A stretch of 64,000 bases of DNA from an uncultured bacterium (GTDB lineage: Bacteria > Patescibacteriota > Minisyncoccia > UBA6257 > 2-01-FULL-56-20). Below the pieces are notes generated by a model. It did no database searches and was not told the origin of the DNA. It saw nothing but the letters and a program-made list of their open reading frames with translations. Position numbers and translations under genes: made by a program. The stretch lies in assembly GCA_963844965.1 (NCBI GenBank), contig CAWJQC010000008.1, positions 92,185 through 156,184 of the forward strand, given 5' to 3'. Below are positions 57,944 to 64,000 of this stretch, piece after piece. Positions within the stretch are counted from its first letter, which is position 1, and every line of letters begins with the position of its first letter.

Positions 57944-59194
57944 CTATTTCAGCGATATCCAGTATAATTTCTGGTCGTAACGATTAATGAACAAAAGATA
58001 ACCGTTGAATATTTTTAAATCCGTCGCGTCTAGATTCTGCGAGACATCGGCGAATACTTGCGTTATGTTCCCATCGTTGAGATTGATTTTATAGAAATCG
58101 TCTACGGTGAAAAGCTTGTTTTTATAATAATCGTCTGGTAATGTACTCGCGCGAAACTCATCAGCATCTCTCGGCAGAGCGCAGTACATAAACGGTGTTT
58201 GTGCTACGTTCGTGGTCGAGCTCGTTATTTTTGTCGTTGTCGCTTGTCCTCCAACCACCTGGAAAGTGCATTTCGATGGCAGGGTGAGAACAGTGAAATC
58301 GTTAAGCATTTTTCCGGAAGTATCCAGGAAGCTCAGTTTTCCTCCGTGCTCGCTTATGTCGGCAGTAAAGATTACGCCGAGATTCGCCGCTCCGCTCCAG
58401 GCCGAGTCCAGTCCGGGTTCATCGCTCACGATAGCCGCCATCGTTTTCTTCTTTACGTCAAGTGCCCATATCGATCCCGCGTAGTACGCGCTTGGCTTAT
58501 CCGATATGATTATTTCTCCAGGAGCTATCCAGTTAAGTTTTACGTCCTCAATGTGTAATTTAATCAGGTCGTTCGCCTTTGCTTTTGGGTTGGACACGTC
58601 AAAAGTCGTGATAGCGCTGACGCCGCCGCTCTCGTTGAAGATGTAGGCGATTTGGTAGCTTGACGGTGACCACACTACCGATTTCGCGCCGGCGGAAAGC
58701 GGCTGCCAAAATTTACCGGCGACATCAAAAATACTTTCCTGCGGGGTAGAGGCGTTTCCGAACGCGGTGATGATTTTATTTCCGTCGTAAGAAAAGTCGG
58801 CGCTGATAAGGTTTGCTATGGCGGACGAATTCAAAACCGACTGACTCCCGTTCATGACTTTGACGACTTGGCCGTCCGGCTGGACGATGACGGCGTTATT
58901 CTGGTTGTCTATGAAATAGTTAAGTACCTGGTTTTGGGCGACGAGGCCGAATTTCTGCCGCTGGACATTCGCGCCGGTCGCGCCGACGCCGGCATTTGTT
59001 CCGACTCCGGATGGAGACGGCGTTTGGGCGCCGGACGGATTTGACTGTGTCTGCGTCTGAGGAAGTCCGGCATTTTGGGCCTCATTGGTTGTTTCCGGTG
59101 TAGCAACCTCCGAACGGTAACGCAGGAAATAGAAAACTCCCACGACAACCAATACTGTGACGATTATTCCTAAAATATAATATGAACGTTTCAT
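57944..59194 (-). CDS. membrane-anchored beta-rich surface protein (hypothetical; T4SS-locus associated)
   Basis: N-terminal TM helix, Ser/Thr/Gln-rich linker, ~300-aa beta-strand-rich domain. Confidence 0.4.
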   Translation of the reverse strand: MKRSYYILGIIVTVLVVVGVFYFLRYRSEVATPETTNEAQNAGLPQTQTQSNPSGAQTPSPSGVGTNAGVGATGANVQRQKFGLVAQNQVLNYFIDNQNNAVIVQPDGQVVKVMNGSQSVLNSSAIANLISADFSYDGNKIITAFGNASTPQESIFDVAGKFWQPLSAGAKSVVWSPSSYQIAYIFNESGGVSAITTFDVSNPKAKANDLIKLHIEDVKLNWIAPGEIIISDKPSAYYAGSIWALDVKKKTMAAIVSDEPGLDSAWSGAANLGVIFTADISEHGGKLSFLDTSGKMLNDFTVLTLPSKCTFQVVGGQATTTKITSSTTNVAQTPFMYCALPRDADEFRASTLPDDYYKNKLFTVDDFYKINLNDGNITQVFADVSQNLDATDLKIFNGYLLFINRYDQKLYWISLK

Positions 59195-59206
59195 GGATTT
59201 ATATTT

Positions 59207-59935
59207 TTATTGGCAATTTGTAGTTGTAAAGTTATTGCATGGTCCAGCACAAGATAATCCTGGACAATCTTTTCCAGATACACACATAGGAGTTCCCGAT
59301 CCCGGGTCGCAACTGGACGACAAAACAGTGCCGCTTCCACTGGAATTAGTGCAGCTTGGTTGGTTGTAATTTGAACATGGTCCAGCACAAGATAATCCTG
59401 GACAATCTTTTCCAGATACACACATAGGAGTTCCCGATCCCGGGTCGCAACTGGATGATTGGGCGTTACTGCTTTGCTGGCATGTGCCGCTGATGCATGA
59501 TTGCCCCGAAGGGCAGCTACCAGTTGGGTTAGTGCTACTGCAACCGCTCGTCGTCGCCGTCGTCGACACCGAAACACCGGAAAGCAGAAAATTCCAACTC
59601 GTCAGATTAGGATTGATGATATTTAAAATCGTATAAGCGCCGACAAGAAGCAGGAGTCCGATTAAGGCGCCCTTCACCCACTCTTTTCCTTCTGTTTGGC
59701 CAGTGGGGTTTCCGGCTGCCAGCGTGTACTTTATTCCGCCGTAGACGATAGCCCCGAACGCCAGAATGCCGGCAAGCATCATGGCAAATTTATAAAGATA
59801 GTCAACAAAGTTCCCCAAGCCGGAGCTGCCAGAAGGTTGCCCTGGCAGATTTGTGTAGATAGTGACCGCGAGAGCGGCAAGGTTGGGGCAAAACAAGAGC
59901 AGACCGCTTAGATAATATAAAAGCTTCTTGGACAT
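59207..59935 (-). CDS. VirB2/TrbC-like pilin candidate with C-terminal Cys-rich tandem repeat
   Basis: Signal peptide plus two hydrophobic helices (pilin-like topology). Then SSCDPGSGTPMCVSGKDCPGLSCAGPC is repeated twice; this is an exact 80-bp DNA direct repeat at 59238-59317 and 59376-59455. Confidence 0.45.
   Translation of the reverse strand: MSKKLLYYLSGLLLFCPNLAALAVTIYTNLPGQPSGSSGLGNFVDYLYKFAMMLAGILAFGAIVYGGIKYTLAAGNPTGQTEGKEWVKGALIGLLLLVGAYTILNIINPNLTSWNFLLSGVSVSTTATTSGCSSTNPTGSCPSGQSCISGTCQQSSNAQSSSCDPGSGTPMCVSGKDCPGLSCAGPCSNYNQPSCTNSSGSGTVLSSSCDPGSGTPMCVSGKDCPGLSCAGPCNNFTTTNCQ
59238..59317. repeat. 80-bp perfect direct repeat, copy 1 (period 138 bp, in-frame)
   Basis: Identical to 59376-59455. 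Confidence 0.9.
59376..59455. repeat. 80-bp perfect direct repeat, copy 2
   Basis: Identical to 59238-59317. Confidence 0.9.
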
Positions 59936-60627
59936 TATTTGACTAAGGTTAGGGTTTTCATATCGGAAGCCGCCTCCGTGGAATTCTTCGTGTTCGTTAT
60001 CGTGAGCCCTATGTTTACGGCGGAACCGGCTGGCGCGTCGGTGTTCAACGTTACCGTGAGGTCTGCCGGATTTTCCTTATTGGATGCCGTTTCGCCATTG
60101 ACCGACCAAGTGAAATCAAGGGTGGACGGATTAAGCGCGGTGAAGAAGTATGGCGTGCCTATGACGTGAATTGCGTTGGTTAGAAATTTTTCGCCAGGGT
60201 ATGGCGCTTCCACGACCGCTTCGGGGTAGACGATAGGCAGCTGTATAGCCCTGGACGATTCGCCTATTTGGACTCTTATCTCCGGCGGCGTCACAATGAC
60301 GGGGTCCATGAATAAACTTGCCCCCTGCACTCCGGTGCCGCCGCTAAACAACTCGTCGTTCACATACCAGTATATGTCTTGTTTGGACAAGTCAGCAGGA
60401 ACGCCATTTTCAAGAACATCTACGGAGAAGTTAATGATAGAGTTCATGGTCGGGAGAGCTTTGCCAACGTATCGGGGCGGCGTGTATGTTGCAGCCCTCC
60501 ACGTAAGCAAGATCTGCTGATCCGCGGTTTGGGCTTGGCTTTTGTGTGCAAGGAATATCGCGAAAAAAGCAGCGAATAACAATCCGGCAGCTGATAACCT
60601 GATAACAGATTTGGGGTGCTTTACCAT
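59935..60627 (-). CDS. secreted hypothetical protein (signal peptide)
   Basis: 230 aa; N-terminal MVKHPKSVIRLSAAGLLFAAFFAIFLAHKSQA. Confidence 0.45.
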   Translation of the reverse strand: MVKHPKSVIRLSAAGLLFAAFFAIFLAHKSQAQTADQQILLTWRAATYTPPRYVGKALPTMNSIINFSVDVLENGVPADLSKQDIYWYVNDELFSGGTGVQGASLFMDPVIVTPPEIRVQIGESSRAIQLPIVYPEAVVEAPYPGEKFLTNAIHVIGTPYFFTALNPSTLDFTWSVNGETASNKENPADLTVTLNTDAPAGSAVNIGLTITNTKNSTEAASDMKTLTLVK

Positions 60628-60636
60628 TATTGTTTA

Positions 60637-61596
60637 TTATAACATTTCTTTGTTTTCCCCTCCCTCGGTCTTTTTCTTTTGCTCTTTGTCGCGCTTGTGC
60701 GCTTCCTCTATATCTTTCTTCAGTTTTAACCCCCCTAGCCACTCTCCGGCTTCTTTTTTCACTTGCTGGCGATGTTTTTCTTCCCACGTGAGGTGCGGCA
60801 CTTCTTCCTCGCCTTCTTTTGTCGGTTTTTCTTCCTCTGGTGGGACCTCTCCCTTCAAACCTAACTCTTGTGGAAGTTTTTCTAGTGGTGTCGGTTCTTC
60901 CCCTATCGCTTCTTTTTCTTCCGGCGTGGTTGCGGCCCTCTCCGGAGCCCCTCCTTCCTCTTTCGGCGCGCCTTCTTCCGGCGCGGCTCCTGCTTCTTCG
61001 GCCGGCAAGCCGACCTCTTCCGGCGCGACCCCGACTTTTTGAGCTTGCTCCTCGGCCGATGGCCCGACTTCGGTCGGAGCGCCTTCAATCGCGGGCACTT
61101 CTTCCACTCCGACAGCTCCGGGCGCGCCGGCCGCCGCACCGGCTTTCATTTCGCCTTCGGCCGCCCCCACGCCAGCTTTTGCTTCGCCCTCGACCGCCTT
61201 GGCGCCGCCCGCCGCTCCTCCTACTCCGCCTGCGCCGGTAGCCACGGCTGCTACCGATACGACAGCCTGCAGCTTGGGATGATTTTCTGTATACACGACA
61301 ATAATGAACGTAGCCGTTCTAATTGGAAGATCTCCTATCCATGGGATTAGTTTTATCAGGTTGCCTATCAGTAAATAATTGCCCTTAACCCCCTTGAGGT
61401 ACATATAAATTTGAGTTGCCGGAAATGCGACAATGCTCGTGACATCGCTCGTGGGAAAAGCGAAAAGCAAGCCAAGGATATCTATCGTGTCAACGAGGGC
61501 GATAAACGAACCGACAAGCAGCGCCTCCGGCAGGGGGAATTTAGATTGATGCTCCTGTTCAGACTGGGGTGTTTGTGTTTGAGTTTCTTCGTCCAT
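60637..61596 (-). CDS. membrane protein with N-terminal TM helices and a long Ala/Gly/Glu/Pro-rich low-complexity tail (possible VirB3/VirB6-like T4SS component)
   Basis: 319 aa; hydrophobic N-terminal third, then AGE-rich repeats. Confidence 0.4.
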   Translation of the reverse strand: MDEETQTQTPQSEQEHQSKFPLPEALLVGSFIALVDTIDILGLLFAFPTSDVTSIVAFPATQIYMYLKGVKGNYLLIGNLIKLIPWIGDLPIRTATFIIVVYTENHPKLQAVVSVAAVATGAGGVGGAAGGAKAVEGEAKAGVGAAEGEMKAGAAAGAPGAVGVEEVPAIEGAPTEVGPSAEEQAQKVGVAPEEVGLPAEEAGAAPEEGAPKEEGGAPERAATTPEEKEAIGEEPTPLEKLPQELGLKGEVPPEEEKPTKEGEEEVPHLTWEEKHRQQVKKEAGEWLGGLKLKKDIEEAHKRDKEQKKKTEGGENKEML

Positions 61597-61642
61597 CTTG
61601 ATTCATATAAAACAAACAGTATAGAATGTTTTATTTTGATTT

Positions 61643-63379
61643 TTACACCAGCCCTTTCTCTTCCTCCAATAATTGTTCCGGATTTGTCGTGATGATCTGG
61701 TCTTCGTAATAGGAAGCGACCGTTTGGATCGCCACATGCCGCTTGCCGGCGAAGAAAAGTCCTGTGCCGACATCCGCTCCCAAGAGCAGATTTTTTTCCG
61801 CTTCAGTGAGCCCGAACGCTTTGCCCACTATATCTATTGTCGCCGGCGCCTGTTTAAGAAGAAGCTGGAGCGAGGAATTTGTGATGATCGGCCGGCCGTA
61901 TGGCGAGCGCAGGAAGTCCTCAACGTCTTGTGTGATCGTGGAAACGCCGAGGTAATATTTCCTGGCGCGCTTCACGAGGCCGAAGAGAAATGTCGCGCTG
62001 TCCTGGTTTTTCATCATCCACCATGCCTCGTCTATTATAAGAAGCCGTTTCTTGAGTTCCGCCCGGATCATGTTCCAGATGAAATTCAATATCACGTACA
62101 TCGCTATTGGCCGTAGTTCGTCCTCAAGATCGCGGATAGAGAAAACAATCAGACGGTTCGTGATATCAATGTTCGTTGGCTGGTTGAGAAAGCCGGCAAA
62201 GCTGCCTTTAGTGAATTTGTAAAGTCGGTCGGCCATTTCCCGTCCGCCCTCCAAGTCGCGCAGTACCGTTTCCAGATCCTCAAGAACAGGAGGTTCCGCG
62301 CGGGAGAAATCCTGCCCGGCCACGATTTCGCGCGAGGCATATGTTTCCGTGATCGCGCGGTCCAGGAGCGCGTCTTCTTCGGCCGAGATGTTTCCGAGCA
62401 TGAGTTTTAGGAGTCCCGCCACGTTTACGATGTGCGATTTGAGAACGTCGGATGGCGATTCGTCTTTGGGTATCAGGGGTATATCAAAGGGGTTTATGTG
62501 CTCGTGTGAGGATAGTGAGATATTGAATACGCTGCCTCCGAAGGTGTTGGCAAGCCGCCTGTATTCGTTTTCCGGGTCAATTATTATGGCCGTTTCCACG
62601 CCGGCCATGAGCGAGCGGATTACCTCAAGTTTCGTCGCGTACGACTTTCCGGAGCCGGATTTCGCGAAGACTACCTGGTTGGCGTTTTCCAGCGAGAATC
62701 TGTCGAAAATAACCAGACTGTTGTTGTGGAGATTCACGCCGTACATGATTCCCTGGTTTGACGAGAGGTCTTCGGAAACGAACGGGAAGAACGATGAAAT
62801 CGGTCCAGAGTTCATCGGAGTTCTGACGCCTATTTTGTCGTCATTGAGCGGCAATACGGAGAAGAGCCCTTCTAGTTGTTCAAAAAGCGCCGGCTTCATG
62901 TAAATCAACTTGGCCTCCATCAGTGAAACGATCTTGGCTTCAAGATGCGAAATTTCTTCAAGCGTGTCTCCGTAGATGGTGAGGTAGACGCCGGTACTGA
63001 ATAATTTTTCCGTGGACTGCTGGAGAGTGTCGCGCAGCGTTTCCACGTCCTGGAGCGCCGTTTCCAGGAGTGGATCGCGGACGAGCCCCTTCTCCTGCTG
63101 GTCCATTATCTGCGATTCTATTTGCGCCGCCTTTTTTCTGAGGTTCTTTAGTGCGGTGCCGGTGTCCACGGGATTTACGAAAATGGAAATGTCAAAAAGG
63201 TTTGGCAGGTCAATCAGCGGCTCGAACCAGCCGGTTGAGAGGTACCTTGGATAAGAGAACACGAAGAATGTCTTCGCGAATTTGCCACCGATTTTCAAGT
63301 GGCTCTGCTCCACCTCCACGCCGGACGGCGCGATTATTTTTGTGATATCACCTAATTTATTGTCGTTATCTTCGGGCAT
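61643..63379 (-). CDS. VirB4/TrbE/CagE-family type IV secretion ATPase
   Basis: Walker A VVFAKSGSGKSYAT and Walker B LLIIDEAWWMM. Length and motif spacing fit the VirB4 C-terminal ATPase domain. Confidence 0.8.
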   Translation of the reverse strand: MPEDNDNKLGDITKIIAPSGVEVEQSHLKIGGKFAKTFFVFSYPRYLSTGWFEPLIDLPNLFDISIFVNPVDTGTALKNLRKKAAQIESQIMDQQEKGLVRDPLLETALQDVETLRDTLQQSTEKLFSTGVYLTIYGDTLEEISHLEAKIVSLMEAKLIYMKPALFEQLEGLFSVLPLNDDKIGVRTPMNSGPISSFFPFVSEDLSSNQGIMYGVNLHNNSLVIFDRFSLENANQVVFAKSGSGKSYATKLEVIRSLMAGVETAIIIDPENEYRRLANTFGGSVFNISLSSHEHINPFDIPLIPKDESPSDVLKSHIVNVAGLLKLMLGNISAEEDALLDRAITETYASREIVAGQDFSRAEPPVLEDLETVLRDLEGGREMADRLYKFTKGSFAGFLNQPTNIDITNRLIVFSIRDLEDELRPIAMYVILNFIWNMIRAELKKRLLIIDEAWWMMKNQDSATFLFGLVKRARKYYLGVSTITQDVEDFLRSPYGRPIITNSSLQLLLKQAPATIDIVGKAFGLTEAEKNLLLGADVGTGLFFAGKRHVAIQTVASYYEDQIITTNPEQLLEEEKGLV

Positions 63380-63441
63380 TGTTATGTTGAGTTTTGTCGT
63401 CGGCGCCCTGTGGCTTTGACCGTGGTGCGACTTTTATGTTT

Positions 63442-64000
63442 TCAATTTTGTTGGGGTATATTTATGTTCTCTCGTTCTATGGACTCCGGATTGTAAAAAT
63501 TATAGAAAAGTTCAACAAGCTGTTCGCCGTTTAGAACGGCCGCCTCTAGTCCCATCGAAAGGATCCCTTCCACAACCTGGTTTACGCGTTGTTTCAGCTG
63601 GGACACGTTTTCGTTGAAGTGCGCTTCCGCTTCTTTTTCGGCTTTTTCCTTGGCCTCCTTGTTCTTTTTCAAAAACGGGAGGTACTTGCTGAATGTGCTC
63701 GTGGAGCCTACCGAGGGAATGGATATCGGGAAAAACGGCACCACAGTGAGGAAGGTTTTCTCCATGATCGGGTTTTTTGCAACGAATCCACGGACAAATT
63801 CGCGGTATTCTTCCGCCTGATTGCGGAGCAGAGACGTTTCCTCCCGCTCCTGGTACACCTTGAGACCGTCAAGATATTTTTCTATATTTATTTTCCGTGA
63901 GTGGATTATGATCTGCAGCGAGAAATCTATGCCGTTCAGGAAATTTTGGTAGGCCTGCGTTATGAGATTTTGTTCCGCCTCCGATTTTAAGGAGAAATTC
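63442..64000 (-). CDS. hypothetical protein, 5' end beyond window (T4SS-locus associated)
   Basis: The frame stays open from 63858 up to 64000 on the minus strand; the track GTG 'start' is internal. Confidence 0.4.
   Translation of the reverse strand, partial: NFSLKSEAEQNLITQAYQNFLNGIDFSLQIIIHSRKINIEKYLDGLKVYQEREETSLLRNQAEEYREFVRGFVAKNPIMEKTFLTVVPFFPISIPSVGSTSTFSKYLPFLKKNKEAKEKAEKEAEAHFNENVSQLKQRVNQVVEGILSMGLEAAVLNGEQLVELFYNFYNPESIERENINIPQQN

Noticed and set aside
60819-61241. Arg/Pro/Leu-rich 140-aa plus-strand ORF and the 60903..61139 Lys/Arg-rich ORF
   Set aside because: Antisense or shadow frames of the GC-rich Ala/Gly/Glu low-complexity region of gene 60637..61596.
1-64000. CRISPR arrays, rRNA genes, additional tRNAs
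   Set aside because: No regularly spaced direct repeats with unique spacers, no rRNA-like conserved blocks, and no further cloverleaf-compatible sequences were seen in the intergenic regions examined.

Overview
This 64-kb window looks like a small-genome, Patescibacteria/CPR-type bacterial chromosome segment that spans the replication-origin neighbourhood (rpmH-rnpA-yidC-jag / dnaA-dnaN). About 70 mostly minus-strand, tightly packed or overlapping genes are supported.

Housekeeping content:
- Folate/one-carbon metabolism: argS (partial), folD, glyA.
- Translation: infC-rpmI-rplT, rpsT, rpmH, rnpA, tsaE, a tRNA-Arg(CCG).
- Replication and repair: dnaA, dnaN, polA, PolX, holA, ruvA/B/C, fpg, family-4 UDG, a NUDIX protein.
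- Envelope and secretion: class-A PBP, a Mur ligase, YidC, and a GspE/PilB-type ATPase.

Accessory content:
- An IS3-family insertion sequence (orfA/orfB with an A7G slippery site) sits directly at the 3' end of a DUF262 (GmrSD/ParB-nuclease-like) defence-type gene.
- A cassette-like island of GC-rich small ORFs is bounded by repeated promoter-like and terminator-adjacent sequence elements and carries a tRNA 3'-end fragment.
- A type-IV-secretion-like locus runs off the window end. It contains a VirB4-like ATPase, a VirB2-like pilin with a Cys-rich tandem repeat, and secreted/membrane proteins.
- A secreted Gly/Tyr/Trp-rich low-complexity protein is encoded in a two-gene operon.

Sequence-level structure:
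- A ~125-bp MITE-like element occurs three times, each inserted exactly at a gene start codon.
- A perfect 20-bp palindrome occurs three times, once in-frame inside fpg.
- Two promoter-equipped or hairpin-dense noncoding regions are candidate structured RNAs.
- tsaE carries inverted heptamer-repeat arrays in-frame.

Many essential genes (glyA, infC, rnj, polA, clpB-like, gspE, PBP1A, dnaN) are split by single-base frameshifts. Several of these fall in homopolymer runs, which suggests indel sequencing errors rather than true pseudogenes. This was judged by eye only.
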